A DNA stretch of 64,000 nucleotides, from contig NC_087437.1 of the NCBI RefSeq assembly GCF_036321535.1, forward strand, positions 32,738,001-32,802,000, written 5' to 3'. Both the position numbers and the translations under genes were made by a program. This document shows positions 50,901 to 63,500 of the stretch, in pieces. The stretch comes from Camelus dromedarius. Lineage: Eukaryota. How positions within the stretch are numbered: the first letter of the stretch is position 1; each line of letters starts with the position of its first letter. The notes under the pieces were generated by a model. The model made no database searches, was not told the origin of the DNA, and saw only the letters and a program-made list of their open reading frames with translations.

Positions 50901-51710
50901 TTTAATTTCAGCTTTGATTTCCTCATTGACCCATTGGTTTTTTAATAACATATTGTTTAATCTCCATGCTTTCCTTTTTTTCTCCTTTGTTTCTCTGTTA
51001 TTGATTTCCAGTTTCATGGCATTGTGGTCAGTAAAGATGCTTGAGATAATTTCTATCTTCTTAAAATTGTTGAGGTTTCTTTTTTGCCCAAGTACGTGAT
51101 CAATCCTGGAAAATGTTCCATGTGCACTTGAAAAGAATGTATATCCTATTTTTTGGGGGTGTAATGCTCTGAAAATATCCACCAAATCTAGTTTTTCTAT
51201 TGTAGTATTTAATTTCTCTGTTGCCTTGTTTATTTTCTGTCTGGAAGATCTGTCTAGTGATGTTAATGCAGTGTTAAAATCTCCAACTATGATTGTATTC
51301 CCATCAATATCCCCCTTTATCTCTGTTAGTAATTCTTGTATGTACTTAGGTGCTCCTATATTGGGTGCATATATATTAACGAGTGTAATATCCTCATCTT
51401 GTATCACTCCTTTAATCATTATAAAATGTCCTTCTTTATCTTTCTTTATGGCCTTTGTTTTAAAGTCTATTTTGTCTGAAATCAGTACTGCAACACCTGC
51501 TTTTTTGGCTTTTCCATTTGCATGGAATATCCTTTTCCATCCTTTCACTCTCAATCTATATGTGTCCTTCTCCCTAAAGTGGGTCTCTTGTATGCAGCAT
51601 ATTGAAGGTTCTTGCTTTATTATCCAGTCTGCCACTCTGTGTCTTTTGACTGGAGCATTTAGTCCGTTAACATTTACAGTAATTAATGATAGATGTGTGT
51701 TTATTGCCAT
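47916..51710 (-). pseudogene. L1 ORF2p (APE endonuclease, reverse transcriptase, C-terminal domain), disrupted
   Basis: EN motifs NVNGL, QET, GDFN, RIDH, DHN and RT motif YADD (49617-49606). Frameshifts at ~49775, ~49295 and ~48033, and a nonsense TAA at 49509-49507 (KINV*KS). The native end ...LICGI* stops at 47918-47916. Confidence 0.95.
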
Positions 51711-52114
51711 TTTGAACTTATCTTTGCAGTTGAATTGGTATATCCTCTTTGTTCCTTTCTTCTTCCTTTTGTGGTTTGGTAATTTTCCTTTGTATTATCA
51801 TGGATTTTATTTAATTTTTGTGACTCCTTTGTAAATTTTTGGCTTGTGATTACCCTTTTTTGTAAATCTGTCAACCCATTACTATAACTGTTTTTATTAA
51901 ACTCATAGTAACGTGATCTCAAACCCATCCTACTTTTAAAAAAATTTTAAAAAGAAAGAAAAAAAAATTCTATATTTCCCTGCCTCCCTCTCCCACTCTC
52001 AGTGATTTGTATGTCTTCTTTTATAATTTCATGTTTACTTTATTTGTAATTCATGAGTTATCACCTTTCCAGTTGTGTGTTTCTCATTTCTGTAGCATCC
52101 TGCTGCTTTTCTAT

Positions 52115-53018
52115 TTAGAATAGCCCTTTCAATATTTCTTTTAGCATGGGTTTAGTGTTGCTAAACTCCTGCAGCTTTTTTTTGTCTGTGAAACTCTTTA
52201 TTTCTCCTTCTGTCCTCAAGGATAGCCTTGCTGGATAAAGGATCCTAGGCTGCATCTTTTTTTTCATTCAGGGCTTTGAATATATCTTGCCGCTCCCTTC
52301 TGGCCTGTAGTGTTTGTGTAGAGAAATCAGCTGAGAGCCTTATGGGGGTTCCCTTGTAACTTACTCTTTGCTTTTCTCTTGCTGCCTTTAGAATCATTTC
52401 TTTATCCTTGACTCTGGCCATCTTGATTATGATATGTCTTGGTGTGGGTCTATTTGGGTTCTTCCTGTTTGGGACCCTCTGAGCTTCCTGTACTTGGATA
52501 TCTGATTCCTTCTTTAAGTTTGGGAAGTTTTCAGTCATGATTTCTTCAAAAACCTTTTCAATCCCCTTTGATCTTTCTTCTCCTTCTGGGACCCCTATTA
52601 TGCGAAGATTGGGACGCTTTATATTATCCCATAGGTCCCTTATGCTATTTTCATTATTTTTTATTTGCTTCTCTTGTAGTTGTTCTGAATGGGTGCTTTC
52701 TATTGCCCTGTCTTCTAGATCACTAATTCGTTCCTCTGCATTATCTAGTCGGCTTTGCACAGCTATTAGATCATTCCTCATCTCTGTCAATGAGTTTACC
52801 CATTCTACTTGGCTCTTCTTTATAGCTTCAATTTCATTTTTGACATATTTTATATCTCTAAACACTATCTGTTTTAATTCCTTCAGCAATTCGATCACTC
52901 CTTTTTTGAAATCTTGATCTAGTAGGCTATTGATGTCTATTTCGTTGATCTTTCTTTCAGGGGATTTCTCTTGTTCTTTTAATTGGGAAAGGTTTTTCTG
53001 CTTCTTCATCTTGCTCAT
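52115..53018 (-). pseudogene. L1 ORF1p (RNA-binding/chaperone, ~300 aa), one frameshift
   Basis: Coiled coil followed by LWDNIKRPNLRIIGVPEGEE and PRHIIIKM motifs. One extra base in the T8 run (52257-52264) shifts the frame. The shifted frame continues MQPRILYPARLS...KEILKGLF* with the stop at 52117-52115. Confidence 0.93.
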
Positions 53019-53499
53019 ACCTCTTTGGCACTGTGGTTTATGGAGTATCAGTTGTTTATTTTGGTCCTTAAGGATTTTATCTATCTGATGCCTATTTAGG
53101 AATAGAACTTAGGAAAAAAAGAAAAAAACATAAGAGAGAGAGAGAAAGAATTTTAAAAGAAGGGAGAAAGAGGGTTTGAAAACAGTGTATAATGAATAAT
53201 AGAAGAGTGAGTTGAAGCAGAGTATTAATCGGGTTGAGACGTCCTTTTAAAACCTTTACAAAAAAAGGGGGGGGGGAGATGAATAGATGTATTTGAAACC
53301 TGTGTCTAATCAATAGCAGGACATCAAAACCCAAGAGAAATAGAAATGAATTAAGAAGTAAAGATTAAGAGAGTAATAGAAAATAGAACAGGTAAAAACA
53401 GATTTAAAAAAAAAAGGGGGGGGCGGTTTGTCAGTGTTCTCCTGGAGTCTGTGTGCTTTTAATGTGAAGTCTTTCTGTCTTCATCCTGTTTTGGAAGTT

Positions 53500-54689
53500 C
53501 AGCTTGCTGTTTTCAGAGGCCCTCCTTTGGCGCCCTCTTCTGTGCTGCTCCCAGCACCTGTTGGCAAGCCGATCGCGCCTCCTCCTAACACGGGGTCAGG
53601 TGCATCGCTCCTCTGCTGTGGGCGGGAGGGTCGCTGCCCCTCCGGATGCCGCAGTCAGATGTTGCAGACTGGCCGGGTAGGAGGGCGGGTCGTGCCCCCT
53701 CCCAGCACCTCGGTCAGGGGCTGTGTTCCTGCCCGAAAGGCGGGGGGGCCGCTCTTGCTCTACCTGCACCGCCGGTAGTTCCGCTCTCTGTGCGGCTGTG
53801 CGCTCCGCCCTGGTTGGCGCTCCGCAGGTGGGCTCGGGGAAGACCGAGGGACAGCCCTGTCCCTGCTCCGAGCCAAAACCCAGCTCCTTGTTTGTCTTTG
53901 TGGAGCAAGTTCTCTGAGGGACCAGGATGGAAGGATCCTATCTACCCCGGGCTGCAGGCCAGTCTCAGTCTGGCCTTTGGGGCTGCTAAGCCCTTCCGTG
54001 CGGATGCAGGTTTCGCCACCGCCCCCGCCTGAGTGCTCAGCGAGGAGGATATGGCGGCTGTGCCTGAGCCCCGCCTCTCTTCCCCCAAAAACTTTCCGCG
54101 GGTTTTCAGAGATGGGGGTGTGCACCCTTCCCCCGAGAGCACATCAACCTTGCTGTTTTGTGGAGGGCCCAGGTTGTTCTGCCCTGTTCACCCACAGCCA
54201 CGGCGCGCAGCCCCTTGCGTTCCCCCGGGGCTGCCTCCGTGCAGCCACTTCTGTCCTCCGCCTGCCTTGTGCAGCCTGGCCCTGCCCGCTGCTGCCGGCC
54301 GCATCTCAGGCTGGGTGTAGGAGGGACGCTCTGTGCCCGTTTAACTTAGTTGTGTTAGTCAAGGGCTGCTCTGTACAGATCCGAGCCTCGGAGGCCTCAG
54401 TCCCGCTGGCCTCTCAGTTGGAGAGGGGAGACCCAGCGAGCGAGCGCCAGTCCTCCTTTGCCGCTCCCTCCCCGCGGGACCCGTCCTGCGCTGCTTTGCC
54501 TTTTGTTCTTTCTTTTTTACATTTCTCCTACCAGATTTTTGGCATCTTTAACTTTTGAAGAGGGCGATGTTCTGTCGGAGTTCCACAGGTGCTCTGGTTG
54601 GCTGAGTGGGTCTGTAGATGTGGGTCTTGGTGTATTTGTGGGAGAGGGTGACCTGCGAGCATCCTTCTACTCCGCCATCTTCTCCGTCT
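53500..54689 (-). promoter_or_regulatory. L1 5'UTR internal promoter / CpG island
   Basis: The longest GC- and CpG-rich segment in the window. A YY1-type motif AAGATGGCGG (+ strand ccgccatctt, 54672-54681) lies within 20 nt of the element's 5' end, as in other mammalian L1 promoters. Confidence 0.8.
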
Positions 54690-56524
54690 TTGTAACTTGC
54701 ATTTTTAAATACAATTTTTAATTAAAAATTGTAGTAAGTTTGTAAATTTTAAAATATAGAATACATTAAAAACTCTCCATTCAGCTTCATGTTCTTCTCA
54801 TTTTGTTCCTCAGAATTAGGCGCCTTTAACATTTACATGCATGATTTTTGCCCATCTGTACTTCCATCTGTGCACTTTGAACCATATACATTTTACTCCA
54901 TTAATGAAATTATATTGTACAGACTTCTGCAAATTGATTTTTACAGTAATAATAGCTTTCAGTACTAAGGTCTGATGTTTTCAGTTTTGAATTGAAGTTT
55001 TTTTGTTTGTTTTAAAGAGCAGATGGTTAAATCCATATTCTAAAATTAAAACCTTTCTCATTTCTTCTGTGTAAATGCAGTGAATTTTAAAGTTTAGAAG
55101 GAAATTATTAAGGCTAGTATAGCAATGCTGCCGAGATATAAAGCAAATAATCAGAATTGGAGTGTTCTCCCCTCCACCCCACGCCTCATTTACATTGGAG
55201 TAACTCTAAATTGATTATAAAATTTGAAACTTGTTTTCAGCAAATTGCCCTTGCATCAAAAGGTACCAGTTGTGCTAGTAAGTGGTAACTACTAAATGAT
55301 AAATGATCTGGCCTATCCCATGAACCTTTAACTAGTACTTTACATGTAATTATGTCTATAAACAAGCTATGAAAGCATATGGTCCACTGTATGGCAAGTG
55401 ATCAGACAGTTTAGTTTGAGAGAAGCGTATCAAAAATAACTTTGTTTTTGTATTTGAAAAACAACAAAAGACATATCTTCTATTTTGAAGAGAATTTAGG
55501 AAGTATTATTTCTGACTTAGTAAATGTCTTCAAAGACTGTGATAATAGAAATAAACTTTTTATTTTTTTAACCAGATAATTTGCCTATGACATTTTTTTT
55601 TCCTTTTCTTTGACTTAGAGGAGGAACATAAAGAATTCCCTAACATGGTGATTTGAATCTCTTTCAAATTATATTTTTAAACCACCAATCTTGATATTCT
55701 TTTTTTTCTACCTATTTACTTCTTCCCTATACAGAATCAGTCCTTTGTCTCTCTTGGTAATGATGTTGAGCTCCCTATGCCTCAGTACAAAAAGAAATTT
55801 TATAGATTGTCATGGTAGATATATAGCAACAGAGACCTAGTCCAGCCTGTTTTCTTTACAGAGGAGTAAACTGAGAACCAGAGGTTAAATGATGTATTTT
55901 CCCAAGATAGCCAACAAGGTAAGATTTTGATATGTTAATAGTTACATGGTTGTATAACTAACTCTTATCTTATTGAAGGTAGGTACATGTTTAATATGTA
56001 GACAATTTTTACCTCCCCAGTGTGATTAACCCCAGTATATATTAAATAGGTATGTTTTAATCAATAAATATGGGACATTTTATCAGAATTTTAAGTTTCA
56101 GTTCATTGCTTTATGCCTTGTTAAACTTGCTGCCTCTTGATAACTCATTAAAGCCTTCAGTTGTCACTGGCTTCCAGTTAGTTTAATTCTGCTTCCCAGA
56201 ACTAAAATATTTGCTTTTTTTGTTAAAAAGGAGGATTTGAATTCTTTTTGACTTAGACACAATTAGAAGGTAAAAGACCAGATTAAGGGTAGAAGTATCA
56301 CAGACACATTTGTGACTTGCTGAGGCTTTCTCACAGATTTAACAAGAAGAATTGTGAGAAAAAAATTCTTACACCTAACAGCAAAAACTTCCAAGGAGAC
56401 CAAATTGTGAGTAAACCTATGAGAATCCTTAAAAATATTGTTTACATAAACTAAAATTAAACTCTAAAAATAACATCTAAAGACAGTATTAATTACATTT
56501 AAAATAAGGATTACTTGATACTGT

Positions 56525-56760
56525 TGTATCAGTCAGGAAGGTGAAACTACAGTTGCTATCTTAATAGAGAGCATTTTTTATGGGAAGTTGGTTAAATAGG
56601 TATCGGTGATGGTACAAAAGGGAACACTGAGAAGATAGCAGGAGATATCAATAGCAAGAATCAGGTATCACTCCTAGGGGAACGAAGAGAAGAGGTTGGG
56701 ATTATCAGGATACTTAGTATTTCAGTAGATTTATGGCTGAGACAGTAGTAATTAGCACAA
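56525..56760 (-). mobile_element. Possible old ERVL/MaLR LTR fragment
   Basis: Begins tgtatcagtcagg and is purine-rich; recognition by resemblance only. Confidence 0.4.
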
Positions 56761-57147
56761 CCATTAGTTACCATTTTCGTATTTTTATATTAGAAACTTC
56801 TCATTTATCTTTCCTGAATACAAACTCAGTTACTAAACAAGGACCCCCAGGTCCTCCCCACCTTCTCTCCACCCCTAAGATAGATCAATGGCTTTCAGAC
56901 TTCTTATCCCTTATTTACCCCCTATCTTCCTCCTTTCCTTCCTGTTCCTCCCTTTTTCCCTTTCTTGCTCCATTTCCTTTCCTTGTTTGGTTGGGTGAGT
57001 GGGTGAACTGAGATCCTTTTACTGTCCTGCCGCATATGCAGAGGTAGTTTGAAAACCACTAGTTTAGATGATTATATCATAAGATTCAATAAATTGAAAG
57101 GCTGTTTGGAAAGCATTGAAGACAAATGTGAGCTAGCTTTCTGGACC

Positions 57148-57365
57148 AGGGTAGAAACTTTTTTCTGTAAAGGTCCGTTGGGTAAATATTTTCAGCTTTG
57201 TGTGCTTATAGTCTCTGTCAGAACTACTCAACTCTGTTGTAGTGTGAAACTAGCCATGGACAGTACATAAATGAATAGGTGTGTCTTTGTTGCAGCAAAC
57301 TTTGTTTACAGAAATATGCAGTGAGGCCAATTTGGCCAAAGGACTGTAGTTTGCCATTTCCCGGC
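57148..57365 (+). mobile_element. MER58A-like hAT-Charlie element
   Basis: cagggtagaaacttttttctgtaaagg...actactcaactctg...aaactttgtttacaga...tgtagtttgcca matches the MER58A pattern. Confidence 0.8.
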
Positions 57366-57758
57366 CCAGACTGCCAAAGCTTGTTGTATAGAATAGTGGT
57401 CTCCCAAATGGGGTGCAAACACTTTTGATTGCACTTTAGCATATATGTGTATATATCCTAGTTTATTTAAAAACTAAATAGACATACTGCCATACTAATC
57501 TATTATGTCTTTATTTTTCAGAGTAGCATACTTTGCATTGTATAGATTAGAAGTAACCTACTTAATAATCCTTGTGTCCTTGGACATTTAAGTTGTTTTA
57601 ATTTATAATTGAAATTATGGATATTCTTATACATGAATATTGTACACATGTACATATATGTATATACATGCATGTATTTATTTAAATTTATGTATGTGTA
57701 TACATATATAAATAAATGTTATTGTATGTAAATATCTTCTTTGTATATATTTCTTATA

Positions 57759-57993
57759 CAGTTGACCCTTGAACAATGAGAGGGGTTAGGGGCACTGACC
57801 CTTTGCACAGTCAAAAGTCTGCATATAATTTATAGTCAATGCTTCATATACCTGGTTCCTCTGTATCTGTGGTTCCATGTCTACAGATTGAATGAAATAT
57901 AGATTGTGTAGTACTGTAGTATTTACTATTTAAAAAAATGCACATTTAAGTGGACCCGTGCAGTTCAAACCTGTGTTGTTGAAAGGTCAACTG
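57759..57993. mobile_element. Tigger2-derived MITE (TcMar-Tigger DNA transposon)
   Basis: Terminal inverted repeats cagttgacccttgaacaa ... ttgttgaaaggtcaactg, with a TA target on the left and TG on the right; 235 bp. Confidence 0.9.
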
Positions 57994-59029
57994 TGTTTTG
58001 TAAATTCCTAGAAGTGAACTTGCTTTGTCAAAGGGTATGAATTTTTTTGACGTTAATGCACATTGCCATTTTGCATCATGGGAAGGTAGTACAGATGCCA
58101 CCTCCACCTCCCACCACTAGCAGTGAGTAAATGCCCACTTTTTATAATACCAAAAATATTACTGCTCTAGTCAAAAGATTTACCGATTGAATTAATGGAA
58201 TAATTAGAATTACAACAAATATAGTACAGTATAATGCTTCTTATTTTGGTGGATGACAGGAAATTAACTTTGTCATTTCTGAACATAATACCCTTTCCAT
58301 AGGAAAATTTAATTGACGATATTACCTGATTACTAGTGAAAGGAATGAGTACTGACAGATATGATGAAAGAATAGCTGAGCACCCAGGAAGTAAGCAAGC
58401 CAGTGTGTCAGTGAAGCAGTTTCAAGCTCTCTTATTTTTGCATTGTAATAAAGGATAGACAGGTCTTTAGACATTTGTTGATTGATCCGTTATCCCAAGA
58501 GGCTGATATCACTTTTAGAACTTCATTTATATTAAAATTATTATTAATAATAACAATTAAAATAATAATTATTATTATTATTATTAAGGATAAACCGTGA
58601 ACCTGGATGGCTTAAGCTTCTTATATTCTGAAGTTAATGGGGAAAACCCTCTTTTTAGATCGTATCGCATAATTTTTCCAACATAGTATATCAATGCTGG
58701 TGTCATTATTGATAAAATCCCTGAGAAAATTATTAAGTTGGCACCACCTAAAACACCAGGTGATTATGATTTGTCAAATTGTCATCAGATGAAAGCAATT
58801 TAAGACCTAAAATACGAAATCTACTGGGGTTTTAAGCTTATTTTTGTGCTTTCTAATTCAATTTTATAAATTTCAGATTTCTAAATCTAGTATATAGAGT
58901 TTTAGGACTATGCTATTTTTATATATTAAAGAATCTGTGCTGTCAGAGTTGAAGGAGGTTTAATAAGTTCCTGGTTGGAATGGAAAATACTGTATAGGAA
59001 TTAATATGCCCAATCAAGGTTAATTCTGA

Positions 59030-59735
59030 AGCTTTTAATTTGATACAATTTTAAACTTACAAATAAGTTGCAGGAAGAGTAAAAAGAACTCTCACATACC
59101 CTCTATCACATACCATTTATCCACTTTCATCAATTGTTTACATTTTGCCCCATTTACTTTATCAAATTCTGTCTCTGAACACGCACACATTTTTTTTTCT
59201 GAATCATTTAAGATCAAGGGACAGACATCAGTCTTTTAAGGCCTAAATATTTTATGTATATTTCATTAAGAAATTTTTTTACATGGTCACAGTATAGTAA
59301 CCAAAATCAAGAAATTTATTGTTGGTAGAAAATTATTATCTAACCAACAGTCCATATTCCCAGTTATGTCATACATTTTCATATTTACACATCTATACCC
59401 CTCCCTTCCATCTAGGATCCAATCTAGGGTTAAACATTGATAGTTAGTTGTCATGTCCCTTTTCATGTGGGATAGTTTCTCAGCTTTTCTTTGTCTTTCA
59501 TGACCTTGACATTTTGAAAGCTATATAGGCCAGTTGTTTTATATCATGTCCCTCAATTTAGGTTTGTTTAATGTTTCCTAATGATTAGATTCAGGTTGTG
59601 CTGGGTGTTTGTTTGTTTGTTTGTTTGCCAGAAATACCACAGAAGTGATGTTTCCTTCTCAGCATATCATATTAGGAATCACAGGATGTTGGTTCATTCC
59701 ATGATTAGTGAAACAATAATCATTTGGTTATTGTT
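59030..59735 (-). mobile_element. Old L1 (L1MC-like) 3' end
   Basis: ttttaaacttacaaataagttgca..., atgaccttgacattttgaa and atgattagattcaggtt are characteristic L1MC 3'UTR phrases. Confidence 0.7.
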
Positions 59736-62700
59736 CAATTGAAATTTGACTTGGCAACATAGATAAACAGAACTTTTATAGTGGTACAGTTCTAAGGTCT
59801 GCATCCTTGTCTGAATTAATTACATGGTATATTTTGTCTGTGTATATTGCCTATTTCCCATTGGGAACAAAACAAAATGGACTTGTTCGTTTAATATTGT
59901 TGAAGAAATTAAGTGAATAAATTGAATAAAACATATTTTCATTTCATTATTTTTATATCAGTTTTAGGGAGTTTTATTTCTGCTTGATTTGTTTGAAATT
60001 ATTCATAATTTGTGTATAAACTATCTTGTTAGATGATACTCTAACTTACCTAAAGAGTTGTTATGATACAGAAATTTATTTTTTTTTTAGTTCTTTCAAG
60101 AGTTTTAACACTTTTTTCTCCTTCTCATGAAGTGTTGATCCCTATTCGTATTTTACCCCTGTTGTTTCTAGCCCTCTTCCGTATCAAATCTGGAATACTC
60201 CATTACTGTATACTCTTCTTAGATAAAGTTTGTTATGAATGAAACAAATACCAAAGTGTGATATTACATAAATACATGGTTTCAAGAATTTTATTTTAAG
60301 GTGAAAAGGACTGTCACAAGTCCTTCAGAGAAACCATTCCTGAAAGATCAGAAAAGATTAGAATGTATTCTTTTAAAGTCCTTGACATAAGAGCATTCCA
60401 GCCTCCTTTAGGAACCTATCTGAGTACTTAACAGACACACCTTAGAAATGTTTTCTTGTACTTGACCTAAATCTGCTTTCCTGTTTCTTCTTCTATCCTA
60501 ATTTTTTTGTCAGTAGTAGAGATGAATAACTAGTTACTAGTCTTTGTATAAAAATGGCTTCAAAGTTACTAAGGCCCATATCCTGAATAAATTACTTGCA
60601 TTTTCTAGTTCTGTAGTCACATATATGACTAACCTGTGGCCACTGTTTAGTTAGAAATCCAGAATTGGATGAGATCCATGGACTTCATATGTATTAACCT
60701 CAACTTTTATGTTTTTAAATTCACAGTATACTGCATTGCTTTTAATCAAAGCAAAAAACCAATAATGCATTACTTCTTTTGAGTGGGAATATTATTGAGA
60801 TATGCTGACAATATTGGAGTTTTTTTTTTATAATAAGTTGGGCTATGAAAAAAGTTTAAAAATCAATACTTTTATATGTTATAACTTAATATTTCACTTT
60901 GCATTTCTTAAATTATTCAAGGGTCTAGTATTTTATCGCACTTTTAATAAAGAGTTAATTGCTGGTAACTTTTCAAGCACATATAAAGCTCTGAGTAAAA
61001 GAACAAAGAAAACTGAAAAATAGTAAAACAACACAGACAGATTAAAACAGGACTGTATGAGTGAGATTGTTTTTTGCCCATTGGCTAAAATGTCATTTGT
61101 TGTTACTTTCTTTCCCTTTTGATGTTTTTAAATTTTAGCACTGATGGTTTACCTCTTTATGAATAGAAAGATAATTGAGAACAACCATCTATATGTTTTC
61201 ATTTATTATAGTTTGGCTTTGTGCAATTTTACCAACATATGTTTTACTAAATTCTTAAAATATTTTAGTTTAAAATCTACAGTAGATGTATATGTTTTAT
61301 GTTTACTTCTGAAAGTTATGTATGTGTGTTTATGTATGTGTTTATATATATATTTAAAAACTAGAAATAGATTAGAGAAATAAAATTATAACTGATTCAC
61401 ATCTTAACATTCAGTTCAAGTACATGAAGGTTAATACATTTTGTCATACGTGCAAAGTATTCCCATATCTTTTGACAATTGATTTCTTTTTTTTTTCACC
61501 AGTTCCATTTTACAAAAATACATACTGTCTGGGATATAAGAAAAGCATGTTCCTTAAGAGCAGATGTTTAAAATGAAACTGTTGACTACAAACCTTCAGT
61601 AAAAATATATATATATATAGAAGCCTTGGGTTTCTGTGTCCAAGGATGGTGCTCTGAAGACACATTTAGAAGTGAATTATGACTTATGTTTAAAGGCCTG
61701 CCCAATATCCTGAGTTAGTATTCAACTTTAAGAATGAAGTCATGTTTCAGCCTATATGAGAGGAACAAGGCACACATTTTAGATAATTTTACATGGCTCA
61801 GACATGTTAGCAATCACTGAATTAAGTATCATGATACAGCTTGGTTAAATGATCCACTGATAAGTAATCAACACTCTACATGAGAATCTGGGTTCAGTAA
61901 CTCATGGCTCTTTACATAAATTAGCTTATATGGCAAATTTCTGCTGCCAATGGAGACATTTAAAATGTTTTAGTTGTTCTTGGTGTGGTGTTGCATGAGG
62001 TTTTGAGCTGTGACCTCAGTTATTAGAAAAATAATATACTTGGCTACTTTAAAGGCTAACAGTGTTGATTAAGTAGAGTGATTGAATGACTAATAAAAAA
62101 CAGAAACAGAATTCAACTGATAAGACTGTGGCCTTCCCATTCTTTTTCTTCTAGCCAAGTTATTATGACCTGAGAAAGAGACACTTATTGATCCTTGCAA
62201 GTGAAAAGGAAAAGATACAAAATCTGATTCAGCATTTCCTTATCTTAATAACTTCTACTGTGACTTTATCATCTTTAGCGAAGACCCAGATATTCCACCA
62301 AAGTTTTTTCTTATCAATGGGTCCAGCCTTCTATGTTGTCCTCAGGTTAACTAAGCTTATTAGGAAGCTGTCATTTTGGTGTCTTTGCAACTACCCTTGA
62401 TTGTTTTCTAGTGACCAGAGTTATCTTGGTAATAATGGATCTGAAGTGATGACCAAGATTTGAGAAATTGTTATAAGATTTAAGAAAACTGTTTGGGATC
62501 CACAGAATTAGTGAAATAATTCTTGATTATCTGAATTTAATACAGGAACTAGTGTTGTATCATAGTGAAAGGGAAAAAGTTTCTTATTTTATATTTAAGA
62601 GTATTTTAATTGAATCTTAAAGCATGTAAGTTTCTGCAGACCTTTAATTTTGGCATTCTTTTTATAATAAATGCTTTGTGTTTAGAAAAATCAATATTAA

Positions 62701-62779
62701 AATTTAGCTTCAAAGAATTCATGAAGAGAAACATAATTAAATCTTGATATATTATATACAAAACACAAATCCCTAATCA

Positions 62780-63500
62780 TTTCTTTTTATGCAAATGAGT
62801 TTGATTTAGACATAATTCCCCAACATCACCATGAATTTCCATCTGTGTAACCCTGATGTTCTTAAGCAGTCTGCCGTTACCTCATGCTTTGGGCTATATT
62901 CACTCTGCATGTATGGAAACTGTGACTATCTTAACACTTTAGATGATGATATGAATAACAATTGTTTGTTGATTTTATTCTCTATCTCCCTGGATAACCT
63001 GCTGTCTGCAAAGGCTGAGTAAGTGGCAGATAGCTTTTGTCATCCCTTATCCAAGCTGTACACTTGTAAGGAAGAGCAGGGATAATCGCCTCAATCTAAT
63101 TAGGGGTTAAAAGAGGCCATGACTGTGATGTGGCAGTGAGACACCTTACTGTAGCAATCCTGTTTGCATTAGAAAAATAAGGTTGTCATATTGATTATTC
63201 AAATTGGCTTATATTGGCCAAGGCTCAGTGGCTTGTATTGCAGCTGAAGCAGTTGAAGATTCCAGCTATTCACAGAAGACCTATGCTGTAGCATATATTA
63301 TATTGTGGCTTGTTTGCTAATTTGGGGTTTTAAGAATGAAGACAGAGTTTAATCAGGCGATTTAAAGGTTAAACTGACCATCAGCAACTGAAGTTTAGCT
63401 TCCATGTGTGCAGTGATTATGCAAATATTGAATGAGTGAAGATTCAGTGGCATTTACATCTCTGAACTGAAGATATGATATAGCAATATAAAAGCATTAT
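62780..63500. promoter_or_regulatory. Candidate conserved non-coding enhancer
   Basis: Repeat-free. Two ATGCAAAT octamers and several TAAT-core motifs. Conservation not tested. Confidence 0.38.

Larger units (their letters stand above)
47590..54689 (-). mobile_element. Full-length young LINE-1 (~7.1 kb), antisense to RSRC1
   Basis: Contains a GC/CpG-rich 5'UTR, ORF1, a ~400-nt spacer, ORF2, and a 3'UTR with AATAAA (47605-47600). Perfect 17-bp TSD TTGTAACTTGCATTTTT at 47573-47589 and 54690-54706, followed by AA (canonical TTTT/AA endonuclease site). Confidence 0.98.

Noticed and set aside
48417..52917. Hydrophobic + strand ORFs of 63-202 aa
   Set aside because: Antisense shadows of the A-rich L1 ORF1 and ORF2.
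53428..54721. Many overlapping ORFs in the L1 5'UTR (ORF0-like candidates, e.g. 193 aa at 53977-54558)
   Set aside because: Expected in GC-rich, stop-poor DNA. Several lack an ATG start and none resembles a known protein.
58525..58587. (AAT)n/(ATT)n fold-back
   Set aside because: Low-complexity microsatellite with no sign of an RNA gene.
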